Assembly (NCBI GenBank): GCA_964473365.1
Contig: CAYYOV010000007.1
Span: 5,015-69,014 of the forward strand
DNA from: an uncultured Ignavibacteriaceae bacterium
GTDB lineage: Bacteria > Bacteroidota > Ignavibacteria > UBA10030
Direction: 5' to 3'
DNA: 64,000 bases
Below, in pieces: positions 18,174 through 26,930 of the stretch. Position numbers and translations under genes: made by a program. The notes beneath the pieces are model-generated. The model made no database searches, was not told where the DNA came from, and saw only the letters and a program-made list of their open reading frames with translations. Numbering within the stretch: position 1 is the first letter of the stretch; the number at the start of each line of letters is the position of its first letter.

Positions 18174-19393
18174 GGCGCCAGGTTAACGACATCTTCCTGA
18201 TGAAAGAGCGACAAGAACAGCAACAGATAGTCCTTGATGTGCCGGGTGATCAGATAGTTCTCCCGTATATGATCGCGTCCCCGCTGGCCAAGTCGCTGCG
18301 CAAATTCGGGCTCCGCCAGGAGTTGCTTGATCCAGCGGGCCGTTCCCTCGACGGAATGTGTCAGGATGCCCGAGAATTCATGCCGGATCTGTAGTGGGAT
18401 CCCGCCCACGGCGCCGGCGATCACCGGCTTGCCCTTCCAGAGCGCCTCCGCCACGGTCAGTCCGAATCCTTCGCGCAGCGACTTCTGCAAAATGACGTCC
18501 GACCCGCGCTGGAGCGCATTGATCTCGATATCGCTGGCAGGAGGCAAGAACAGCACGTGAATGTCGGGATCCTTGTCCGCCTCCTCCTGCACCTGTGCCA
18601 TGATGGCGGGTCCTTCCGGGTCGTCCGTCGCGCCGCCGCCGGCCAGGATCAATTGCACGTCGGCGTGACGCTTCACGAGCTTGTAGGCGGCGATGACGCC
18701 GAGAGGGTCCTTCAGATAGTCGAACCGTGAGATCTGCGTCACGATCGGCCTGGTCCGTTCGATGCCGTACCGTTCGAAGACGGCGTTGACGGTCTCGTCG
18801 GGCAGGTCGCGGTTCTTGTCGGCCAGGGGATCGATCGACGGTGAGATCAGCACTTGGGGGATCGACAGCTTCGCGGCGAACGCCGGCGCTGAGAAGACGG
18901 CCCGGTCGTACTGCCCGATGTAGCGTTCGAGGAACGACCAGACCCGATCCTTCGGCTGCGAGGAGTCGATATGACATCGCCAGAGCCAGTTGCCGCCCCG
19001 GGACGAGCGTTGTTCGACGAGGACGATCGGTTGCGGATCGTGGACGAACACAATATCGCCGAATTCCATCGTCGCGGCATTCTGACGGTTCACTTCAATG
19101 AAGAGGTCGAGCTCGTCATCGCTGATGTCGACCGGAACGCCGTGCATGCCGTTGTGGAACTTCTTTGTCACGACGAAGAATCGTTCATTCCCCTTGATGA
19201 CGTCCCATCGTGCCTTCACCCCGAGCTGTTGTAGCAGCGGGATCATGCGGGTCAGGATCTCCGCCACGCCGCCGCCAACGGCGGTCGAATTGATGTTCTG
19301 TACCGTGCGTCCGTCCAGGGCCCGAGCGAGGATGCGCAGTTCGTCGACGGCCGTCGGGCCGACGATCGGGATGTAGTCTTCAAGTGCGGTCAT
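18170..19393 (-). CDS. treT: GT4 glycosyltransferase most similar, from memory, to trehalose glycosyltransferring synthase TreT (NDP-glucose + glucose -> trehalose)
   Basis: Blocks NSTAVGGGVAEIL, VHDPQP, WLWRCHID, SPSIDPL, DDPEG and REGFGLTVAEALWKGKPVIAGAVGGIPLQI follow the order and spelling I recall for archaeal/bacterial TreT. The GT4 assignment is firm. The specific TreT call needs a database check. The stop overlaps the otsAB start (ATGA). Confidence 0.6.
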   Translation of the reverse strand: MTALEDYIPIVGPTAVDELRILARALDGRTVQNINSTAVGGGVAEILTRMIPLLQQLGVKARWDVIKGNERFFVVTKKFHNGMHGVPVDISDDELDLFIEVNRQNAATMEFGDIVFVHDPQPIVLVEQRSSRGGNWLWRCHIDSSQPKDRVWSFLERYIGQYDRAVFSAPAFAAKLSIPQVLISPSIDPLADKNRDLPDETVNAVFERYGIERTRPIVTQISRFDYLKDPLGVIAAYKLVKRHADVQLILAGGGATDDPEGPAIMAQVQEEADKDPDIHVLFLPPASDIEINALQRGSDVILQKSLREGFGLTVAEALWKGKPVIAGAVGGIPLQIRHEFSGILTHSVEGTARWIKQLLAEPEFAQRLGQRGRDHIRENYLITRHIKDYLLLFLSLFHQEDVVNLAP

Positions 19394-20021
19394 ACGGCCT
19401 CAGCAGGATGAGGAGACGGCGACGGAGCGTCTCCAGGGTGTAGGCGTACGGGTCAAGCGACCGCACGTCGTTCGCGAGGGCGTCGAGTCCCAGACCGCGG
19501 AACCAGGCCGAGAAGTCGTTCTCTCCCCGCCCGAGGCGCAACCGGGCGTCGAACATGTGATGGTAGAGCGAGCTGACGCTCACGTGCTGCAGGGCAGACA
19601 CGAACTCCCGCAGGGACCGGGCGGTAAATGGGGTCGGAAATACGTACGTCTGCGACGACATGAAATGGAATTCGACGCCATCCGGGGCCGTAAGTCGTTC
19701 GCCCCCGTCCGCGACGTGTCGCTCCAGGACCCCGACGAGCGCTGCGCGGACTCCGGCGATCGTGTCATACTGGACGATGTCGATGCTCGACAGCTGTTCG
19801 GCCAGGGCGCGGTCGTTGAGGCCCGTCTTGGCCCACACCGCGAAGTCGTTCGACGGCTCCGGAGTGAAGAAGTGGTGGCGCTGGAGGAAGTGGTGGGTAT
19901 GGTGGTAAACGGAGCTGTCCGGTACTTTCTGGAGGCCCGCCAGGAGCTGGCGAGCGGTCGTTGCGCGGACAGCCAGGAGAAAGGTCAGATCCTGCTTGGA
20001 ATAGAATCGGAATTCTGTCAT
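19380..20021 (-). CDS. Uncharacterised 213-aa cytoplasmic protein made of two tandem homologous ~90-aa halves (His-rich SS[VL]YHH ... NDF[AS]xW...GL.D.ALA motif in each); no recognised family
   Basis: ATG at 20021 is preceded by GGAGG and overlaps the mscS stop (ATGA). The 3' end overlaps the treT start by 14 nt. The two halves align by eye: LTFLLAVRATTARQLLAGLQKVPDSSVYHHTHHF...NDFAVWAKTGLNDRALAEQLSSID against LREFVSALQHVSVSSLYHHMFDA...NDFSAWFRGLGLDALANDVRSLD. The longer ORF start at 20207 is Arg-rich and lies inside mscS. Confidence 0.6.
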   Translation of the reverse strand: MTEFRFYSKQDLTFLLAVRATTARQLLAGLQKVPDSSVYHHTHHFLQRHHFFTPEPSNDFAVWAKTGLNDRALAEQLSSIDIVQYDTIAGVRAALVGVLERHVADGGERLTAPDGVEFHFMSSQTYVFPTPFTARSLREFVSALQHVSVSSLYHHMFDARLRLGRGENDFSAWFRGLGLDALANDVRSLDPYAYTLETLRRRLLILLRPYDRT

Positions 20022-21112
20022 GAGGTTCCTCCGCTTCCGCCGCCGGCCGCCGCACCTGTTGCAGCCGCGTGCTGCACGATGAGGGTGCGCGTCGGGAAGG
20101 CAAACTCGATCCCCGCCGCCTGCAACGCGCGCGCCAAGCCGATATTGATGGCTTGCTGTGCGTCCATGTACGCGTTGTAGTCGGGCGAGAGGACGTAGTA
20201 GACGCACTCGTACACCAGGGCCGATTCTCCGAATTCCTTGAAGTGCGCCCGGTCGAATCGTACACCCGCCTGTTGCTCGACGACCTGCCGGGCGATGCCT
20301 GAGATCTTGGCCATCATGTCGGCCGGCGTCTGGTAGGTGACGCCGAACTGGAACAGGATCCTCCGTTCCTGCATCCGCTTGAAGTTTCGGATGCGGCTGC
20401 GGAGGAGGTCCGCGTTCGAGACGATGAGCTGTTCGCCCGACAACGATCGGATCCGAGTCGTCTTGAGGCCGATATACTCGACCGTACCGGCGAGCTGGTC
20501 AACGACGATGAAATCGCCGATGACGAACGGTTTGTCGAGCACGATCGACAGCGATGCGAACAGGTCGCCCAGGACATTCTGCAGGGCCAGGGCGACGGCG
20601 ATACCACCGATCCCCAGTCCGGCGATGAGGCCGGTAATGTCGACCCCAAGATTCCCGAGTCCAACGAGCACCACGATCGACCACAGCGCGAGCCGGGCCA
20701 CGAATCCGATGGCCGTCATGGTGGCCGTCGTCGTGGGAACTCCGGAATCATCCTGGATCGAGCGTTCCAACCAGAACGACACGGCACCGTTACCCCAGAG
20801 ACCCACCTGCAGCAGCATCGCCAGCCATAGCGTCTGTTGGAGCGCCGATTCCATTGCTGGACGCAGCACCAGAGCGTTCGACCCGATGACGGCTGACATC
20901 ACGAACAACGTCAGCGTGCTCGTGCGGCTGAGCACCTCCGCTAGGAGGTCGTCGACCTTCGTATCGGTCTTCTCGGCCAGCTTCTTCAGCTTTCGGACGA
21001 GGATCCGGCTCGCCATCAGGAAAATGACGAACAGGAGGGCCGTCGCACCGATGGTGATCGCCCAGGTCAGCGGATCGTTCCCAAGAAAGCTTTTGCTCAG
21101 CAAGGATTTCAT
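20018..21112 (-). CDS. MscS-family mechanosensitive ion channel
   Basis: Three N-terminal TM helices, then the conserved MscS pore/beta domain (GLGIGGIAVALALQNVLGDLFASLSIVLDKPFVIGDFIVVDQLAGTVEYIGLKTTRIR). Confidence 0.85.
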   Translation of the reverse strand: MKSLLSKSFLGNDPLTWAITIGATALLFVIFLMASRILVRKLKKLAEKTDTKVDDLLAEVLSRTSTLTLFVMSAVIGSNALVLRPAMESALQQTLWLAMLLQVGLWGNGAVSFWLERSIQDDSGVPTTTATMTAIGFVARLALWSIVVLVGLGNLGVDITGLIAGLGIGGIAVALALQNVLGDLFASLSIVLDKPFVIGDFIVVDQLAGTVEYIGLKTTRIRSLSGEQLIVSNADLLRSRIRNFKRMQERRILFQFGVTYQTPADMMAKISGIARQVVEQQAGVRFDRAHFKEFGESALVYECVYYVLSPDYNAYMDAQQAINIGLARALQAAGIEFAFPTRTLIVQHAAATGAAAGGGSGGTS

Positions 21113-21151
21113 GAAAGGTCGATAGTTCCGGTTGATATCACGAGCACATCG

Positions 21152-22744
21152 TCAACGACCAGCTTTGCCCGATGGATAGTATGCCACCTCATAGAGGTCC
21201 GACCGACGATCCTGCCGGTTCAACACCATGCCGGTCTGCCGGCTGGGCTTGAGCAGCTCAAGGTCCATGTCGTCCACAATGATTGTTTCAATGTTCGGGG
21301 TCGCTTCCGAAAGTACGCCGTCACGCGTAAACGGAATGTCCGACGGCGTGAGGATCGCCGATTGCGCGTAGTGGACGTCGATGTTCTCAACCGAAGGAAG
21401 GTTTCCCACGCTCCCAGCCAACACCGCATAGACGTTGTTCTCTACGCACCGCGCTTGGGCACAGTAGCGAAGCCGCATGTAGCTGTACCGTTCTTCAACA
21501 CTGAACGGCACGAAGATGATCTGCGCGCCGCGGTCAGCCATGATACGTGTCAGCTCCGGGAATACGATATCGTGGCCGATCTGGATGCCGATCTTGCCGC
21601 GATCCGTGTCAAAGACCGCTACTTCCGAGCCGGGCTTGAGTCCCCACCAACGGCGCTGGTCGGGGGCGACGTGAAGCTGATATTGCTTGGCCAGGGTTCC
21701 ATCGCGCCGGAACAGAAACGCCACATTGTACAGATTGTCATCCTCGACGACGAAATGCGTCCCCCCAACGATGTTCACGTTGTACTTCACGGCCAACCGT
21801 GTGAAGAGCTCCAGATAGGCCGGAGTGTATTCCGAGAGCTTCCGCATAGCCAACGCGGGTCGGTCCTTGGGAAGGAAGGTCAGCCACTGGGTGGTAAGTT
21901 GCTCCGGGAAGAGCACGAAGTCGGTCTTGTAATCGGCAGCCGCGTCGACGAAGTATTCGCACTGAAGCGAGAATTCTTCAAATCCGGTGACCATCCGAAG
22001 CTGCATTTGTACGGCACAGCCCCGCACCGGGGCGAACATCGTGAGCCGTTGATTCGGGTCCGGGACGTAATCCAGGTTCGTCCACTCGAGGAACGTCGCG
22101 TACCCCTGGGACTCGGCGTCGCTCGACAGATAGTTCGGGATGAGTCGCTTGAGGACGAACCCGTTCGACAACTGCGTCGTCAAGACCGGATCGATCAGGA
22201 CCTTATGGACGACCTTGTCCACGTACTCCCGGGCCGTCATGGTCTTGGCATGCTTGCCGTACCCCGGGATCCGCCCGCCCAGGATGATGCGCATCAGGTT
22301 GTGCTCACGGGCAAGCTGCTTGCGGGCTTCGTAGAGGCGACGGGCCAGCCGGAGACCCCGGTACTCCGGGTCGACCATGATCTCGATGCCATAGAGCGTA
22401 TTGCCGTTCGGCGAATGATTGCGGATGAATCCCGCATCGGCGATCTCCGTCCAGCTGTGCCACTCATGGTACAGGTCGAAGTCCAGGATCAGGCTGTTGG
22501 ATGATGCGACAATCTTCCCCTGGTGCTCGATACAGATCTGTCCCTGCGGAAACAGCGCGAGCTGGCTTTCGATCTGCGGGCGGGACCACGGTTTCATGCC
22601 CGGAAAGCACTTCTCCTGCAGCTCGGTGATCTGATCGTAGTCCTCCAGCCGGAGGGGCCGAACCAGCACTTTTCGCTCAAAATCCTTCAGATCGTCGTTT
22701 GCCACAATGTCACCTGCTGGCGGTGGTTGGTCGGTAGGCGGCAC
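21152..22744 (-). CDS. Bifunctional GNAT N-acetyltransferase / carbon-nitrogen hydrolase (nitrilase superfamily) fusion protein
   Basis: The N-terminal ~200 aa have a GNAT fold with motif A (VDPEYRGLRLARRLYEARKQLA). The C-terminal ~300 aa have the CN-hydrolase catalytic triad context (FPE...; K...; AQARCVENNVYAV). Confidence 0.7.
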   Translation of the reverse strand: MPPTDQPPPAGDIVANDDLKDFERKVLVRPLRLEDYDQITELQEKCFPGMKPWSRPQIESQLALFPQGQICIEHQGKIVASSNSLILDFDLYHEWHSWTEIADAGFIRNHSPNGNTLYGIEIMVDPEYRGLRLARRLYEARKQLAREHNLMRIILGGRIPGYGKHAKTMTAREYVDKVVHKVLIDPVLTTQLSNGFVLKRLIPNYLSSDAESQGYATFLEWTNLDYVPDPNQRLTMFAPVRGCAVQMQLRMVTGFEEFSLQCEYFVDAAADYKTDFVLFPEQLTTQWLTFLPKDRPALAMRKLSEYTPAYLELFTRLAVKYNVNIVGGTHFVVEDDNLYNVAFLFRRDGTLAKQYQLHVAPDQRRWWGLKPGSEVAVFDTDRGKIGIQIGHDIVFPELTRIMADRGAQIIFVPFSVEERYSYMRLRYCAQARCVENNVYAVLAGSVGNLPSVENIDVHYAQSAILTPSDIPFTRDGVLSEATPNIETIIVDDMDLELLKPSRQTGMVLNRQDRRSDLYEVAYYPSGKAGR

Positions 22745-22842
22745 ACCCCTAGAGAATACGATGGGCGTCGATCACCTCCGACGCCCTGCGCTCCATTAGT
22801 AATAAAGGGTTTCTGCGGAAACATACAAGGGTTGGAGGCCGA

Positions 22843-23706
22843 TCATGCCGGCCCCATGGTTCTGCCCAGCCAGCCGAGCAATCCCGATGCGCTGGCGCTC
22901 CCGCCACTGATGGGAATGTCGAAGAGGCGGGCGGCGTTCTGCGACATGATCTTTTCCAGGTCGGCGGTGGGAATGTTCAGTTCCTCGATGAACTCGAGAT
23001 ACGACCGCATCGACGAGATCGGCCAGTCGGTACCGAACAGGACCTTCGTCGGCTCCATGCCATAAACGAGCATCTCCTGCAACTGATCGCGCATGTAGCT
23101 CTCGAAGCGGTCGGTGAAATCGCCGAGCACGAGTCCCGAGATGTCGGTGTAGACGTTCTCGTTCTTATAGACGACCTCCATCGTGTCCTGAAACCACGGG
23201 TTGCCGAGGTGACAGATGATGATCGAGACGTCCGGATGGTCCACGGCCACTTCGTCAACTTCAAGCGGATGGGCGTACTTCAGCTTGCCTTTGGCCGAGA
23301 ACGTATCGCCCGTGTGGATCATGACCGGAATTCGGTGCTCAGCCGCGAACCGAAAGACCGGCCGAAGCTTCGGGTCGTGCGGATAGTACGGCTCGTATCC
23401 CGGATACAGCTTGAGACCACGCACGATCCTTTCAGCCACCAGCGGCCGCAGGGCATCGAGCATTTCGGGCTGGAAGGAGGCCGCCCCGATGCCGGCGACC
23501 ACGGAGAACTCCTTGTGACCCCGGACAGCTCCGGCCACTTCGAGTGTGGACGGACGTCCAGGAAGATCCTTGAAGGAGGTGAGGATCACTGCGTGGTCCA
23601 CCCGGTTCATCTGCATCTCGCGACGAAGGTCGTCAAGCCGATGGGGCAGGGCCGGACGGTCTTCGTGCTCATACCAGTTCACGTGCACATGACAATCGAT
23701 GATCAT
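22843..23706 (-). CDS. Amidohydrolase-2 family (TIM-barrel metal-dependent hydrolase)
   Basis: MIIDCHVHV...GLKLYPGY...MIHTGD...IIICHLGNPW...FGTDWP. The HxH, His and Asp metal ligands are in canonical order. I chose the ATG at 23706 because the longer start (23763) would overlap the upstream gene by 43 nt. Confidence 0.65.
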   Translation of the reverse strand: MIIDCHVHVNWYEHEDRPALPHRLDDLRREMQMNRVDHAVILTSFKDLPGRPSTLEVAGAVRGHKEFSVVAGIGAASFQPEMLDALRPLVAERIVRGLKLYPGYEPYYPHDPKLRPVFRFAAEHRIPVMIHTGDTFSAKGKLKYAHPLEVDEVAVDHPDVSIIICHLGNPWFQDTMEVVYKNENVYTDISGLVLGDFTDRFESYMRDQLQEMLVYGMEPTKVLFGTDWPISSMRSYLEFIEELNIPTADLEKIMSQNAARLFDIPISGGSASASGLLGWLGRTMGPA

Positions 23707-23720
23707 TGCGGTTCCGTTCC

Positions 23721-24386
23721 CTAGCGGTTCTTCCAGATGTTCTCGAGGACCTTCGCAGCCCAATCACGTCCCCCCAATCCAAAGGCGAGGGCTAGCGCAA
23801 GACAGAGACCGCCGAAGGCGATCTGAAAGGCCGACACGAGGATGGCGCCGCCGATCGAAAGCTGCTCGAGTGCGACCGTGAGGACGAAGAAGAGCACGGC
23901 GTAGTACGTGAGGCCGGCGATGAACGGGACGCCCTTGATGCCGATATTGTTCAGGTATCCTGAGGTCACCGTTCGAATCAGGTTGGCGAAGAGGCTCCCG
24001 AAGATCAACACGAGCACGGCTCCCAGCACGTTCGGCAAATAGCTCACGATCTGTTGGATCAGGTCGGCCGCCGCGCTGACGCCAAGGCTGTGAAGCACAG
24101 CCAGCAACATGGTGAGCAACAGGACCCAATAGATGATATTCGCGAGGATGGTCACGAACGTGAATGAAACGCCTCCGCGCAGCAAGAAGTTCTCGATGCC
24201 AGCCTTCTCTGCGAGCGCATCAACCCGGGCCAATCGGAGCACCCGCAGCGTAGCGCGTCGAACAAGCTTCGCCACGATCCAGCCTCCGATCAGCAGGACG
24301 ATCCCCGCGATGAGGCGGGGCAGCAACTGCAGGACCTGGATCCAGAAATCCTTCAATGACTCCCAAACGGTCGTGATTTCACCCAT
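23721..24386 (-). CDS. Conserved TM-helix repeat protein (small MscS-like/TM_helix family membrane protein)
   Basis: 221 aa with ~5 TM helices and an internal helix repeat (LPRLIAGIVLLIGGWIVAKLV / LPNVLGAVLVLIFGSLFANLI). This architecture is typical of the 'conserved TM helix' family linked to mechanosensitive channels. Confidence 0.5.
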   Translation of the reverse strand: MGEITTVWESLKDFWIQVLQLLPRLIAGIVLLIGGWIVAKLVRRATLRVLRLARVDALAEKAGIENFLLRGGVSFTFVTILANIIYWVLLLTMLLAVLHSLGVSAAADLIQQIVSYLPNVLGAVLVLIFGSLFANLIRTVTSGYLNNIGIKGVPFIAGLTYYAVLFFVLTVALEQLSIGGAILVSAFQIAFGGLCLALALAFGLGGRDWAAKVLENIWKNR

Positions 24387-24410
24387 GTTCGTGCCTCCTT
24401 CGAATGATGT

Positions 24411-25625
24411 TCAGGCCCGTGATTGAGCGGGTCGAACGCGCTCGGCCAAATAGACGAGGATGGCCGTCGCAATGATGCTGAGAAACACCACGCCATAGAC
24501 CAGGTCCTGCATCTGCCCGCCTCGCTGCAGACCAAGCTGGATCGGAAGCCCAGCCAGAACGGCGGCGGCGGTACCTTTCGGGATCAGCACCGACATCGAG
24601 ACCAGATCGTCGCCGGTCCCGCCGAGGATCCGTGTCGCGAGCTGCACGCCCAGCACCCGGGCCAACAGGAGTCCTCCAACCAGCGCCAGACCGGTCGCGA
24701 GCGCGACATAGTCTCCCAATTGGAGTGAGATGCCGAGATAGACAAAGAAGAAGGTCTTCACCAGGAAGACCGCTTCGCTGAAGAAGAGCTTCTCAGTTTC
24801 ACTGTGCGCGAGCGGGGACAGTTTGGTCCGTTGATGGATCCAGGGAAGGTCCAACGACGCGACGTTGCCAAGGATGATGCCGAACGCCAGCGCGGCAATG
24901 GGACCACTATATCCCAGGAACTCGGTCAATCCGTAGACGATGAAGACCGCCGACGGGGTCAAGAAGATAGCGTTCCGCAACTGTCGTACCCTATCGAGCG
25001 TCAACGACCAGACATAGCCTGAGATCGCCCCCAGCACGATCGCAAAGACGAACGATGCGATGAGTTGGCCAATCAGGAGACCGACCGACATCCGGCCCAT
25101 CTCCAGCGTTTGCAGCAATGCGAGCGCGATGACGATCGAGATCGCCTCTCCGATCGGGGACTCGAGCAACAATGTGGTCCGCCCAGAATCGGAGATCTTC
25201 ATCTGCCGGGCCAACGGGATGACGACCGAGGGAGCCGGTCCGGCGAGGATCGCCCCCACATAGAGAGACTCAAGCGTCGAAAGCGGCAACGTCAGCACTA
25301 GGGCGCCCGAGAGAAGAGCCCATGCGATCACGTACGTAAACACGGTGACGAGGATCGTGTTCTTCCATGCCTTCCGAAGTTCGGCGATGCTGATCTCGAG
25401 TCCGCCCTCGAACAGGATGATGACGAGAGCGATCGTCGTGAAGACGCTGCCGACCTTCCCAAAGTCCTGAGGGCGGACGATACCGAAGGCGGGTCCGAGC
25501 ATGACCCCGATCAGGATCAGCCAAAGAACATCCGGCACGCGGGTACGCTCAAACACCGCTACAAATGCGTGGGCCAGAAAGACCAGTCCGCCGATGAACA
25601 AGATCACAGTTGCCAGATCATGCAT
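24411..25625 (-). CDS. Monovalent cation:proton antiporter (CPA1/CPA2-type Na+/H+ exchanger)
   Basis: ~12 TM helices. The exchanger-family motifs LWLILIGVMLGP ... ALVIILFEGGLE ... PIGEAISIVIALALL are present. The ATG at 25625 is preferred over the longer ORF start at 25670. Confidence 0.8.
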   Translation of the reverse strand: MHDLATVILFIGGLVFLAHAFVAVFERTRVPDVLWLILIGVMLGPAFGIVRPQDFGKVGSVFTTIALVIILFEGGLEISIAELRKAWKNTILVTVFTYVIAWALLSGALVLTLPLSTLESLYVGAILAGPAPSVVIPLARQMKISDSGRTTLLLESPIGEAISIVIALALLQTLEMGRMSVGLLIGQLIASFVFAIVLGAISGYVWSLTLDRVRQLRNAIFLTPSAVFIVYGLTEFLGYSGPIAALAFGIILGNVASLDLPWIHQRTKLSPLAHSETEKLFFSEAVFLVKTFFFVYLGISLQLGDYVALATGLALVGGLLLARVLGVQLATRILGGTGDDLVSMSVLIPKGTAAAVLAGLPIQLGLQRGGQMQDLVYGVVFLSIIATAILVYLAERVRPAQSRA

Positions 25626-25807
25626 GCGCGATGTGCTCGTCGATTGACCGGGGTTGTCGGAGGCCGGCACTCGGCCGATTCATCTCCCTGTGATAATAGG
25701 GAGTTTTCCCTCTAATGAGAATCCCGCACGCAATGGCTCGTCCGCTCTCTGGTAATTGCCTGCGGCAAATCGTACACTTCAGACAGACGATTTACCAGGA
25801 GCGCCGT

Positions 25808-26797
25808 ATGACGCATGACCCGTTGCGATTCGGCATCGTCGGATTCGGCCTCTTCGCCGAACGCACCATCCTTCCGGCGATCCGTGGATCGGGCAACGCA
25901 GTGGTCACCGCCCTGCAAAAGCGATCCTCCGACGCCGCTGCTGCCAAAGCCCGCGAACACGATATTCCACTCGCCTTCGACGACCCCGCCGGTCTCGTCG
26001 CTCATCCCGAGGTCGATGCCGTCTTTATTGTGTCGGCAAATGCCGCACATGCCGGCGAGGCGATCGCCGCCGCCAGGGCAGGGAAGCACGTGCTCGTCGA
26101 AAAGCCGATGGCCGCGACGGTGAAGCAGGCGGAGCAGATGGTCGCCGCCTGCCGCGAAGCGGGCGTTCAGCTGATGGTCGGGCACATGGTCCGCTTCTCG
26201 CCCGTCATCAACCGGATGAAACAGCTCATGCAGGAGGGGGCCATCGGTCGCGTGTCACACGTCGAGACCCAGTTCTTCTACGATCATCGTCTCTCGCGCC
26301 GCGAATGGCTCTTTGACCCGAAGGTCGCCGGTGGCGGTCCCGTGCATGATATCGGGGTGCATTGTCTCGACACGATCCGATATCTGCTCGACAGCGATCC
26401 CGTTGTCGTGCGATCGGTGCTCGATGCGCCGCCGACTGCCGACCGCACCGAATCGACCGCCGCGATCGTTCTCCAATTCCCCACCGGGGTGCTCGGCTCG
26501 ATCTACTGTTCGTTCGCCGGCGGGTATCGCCGCTCCTTTATCGAGGTGCGCGGCACCGACGGAACGCTCTCAGCGTTCGATTTCACGCGAAGTGCAATGC
26601 CGGTGATCCTCCATCGTGTGCATTCCCATGATGGCGAACCGCTTCAGCCGCACATTGAGCAGTTCATCGTTCCCAACCTGTACTCGCACGAGGTGCAACT
26701 GTTCGTCGACGCCGTCCGCGGCACTGCCCCCAATCCTATCCCCGGCGAGCAGGGGCTCATTAATCAGCGCATTCTACAGAAGATTCTGGAGTCGTGA
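25808..26797 (+). CDS. Gfo/Idh/MocA-family NAD(P)-dependent oxidoreductase
   Basis: N-terminal Rossmann motif LRFGIVGFGLFAERTILPAI and the EKP motif (HVLVEKPMA), plus a C-terminal alpha/beta domain. ATG at 25808. Confidence 0.8.
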   Translation: MTHDPLRFGIVGFGLFAERTILPAIRGSGNAVVTALQKRSSDAAAAKAREHDIPLAFDDPAGLVAHPEVDAVFIVSANAAHAGEAIAAARAGKHVLVEKPMAATVKQAEQMVAACREAGVQLMVGHMVRFSPVINRMKQLMQEGAIGRVSHVETQFFYDHRLSRREWLFDPKVAGGGPVHDIGVHCLDTIRYLLDSDPVVVRSVLDAPPTADRTESTAAIVLQFPTGVLGSIYCSFAGGYRRSFIEVRGTDGTLSAFDFTRSAMPVILHRVHSHDGEPLQPHIEQFIVPNLYSHEVQLFVDAVRGTAPNPIPGEQGLINQRILQKILES

Positions 26798-26930
26798 GCG
26801 AGATCGGGCGACTGTGCGCTCGATCCAACGGGGGTTGGGGGGGTGAGGCGATACGATGGCCTCGGCGAACCGTGGGTCTTTCTGCGTTGCCTCATCCTGC
26901 TGCGTGGTGCTCTTCGTGAATCCCGTCCGG

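Noticed and set aside
22745-22842. Weak hairpins (gtttc-tgcg-gaaac; cgtcg-N8-cgacg) between the amidohydrolase and the GNAT/CN-hydrolase genes
   Set aside because: The stems are only 5 bp and there is no clear U-tract. They could be a weak terminator or nothing.
26798-26930. Possible terminator between the convergent Gfo/Idh/MocA gene and pdxJ
   Set aside because: There is a G-run (ggggttggggggg) but no convincing stem-loop with a U-tract on either strand.
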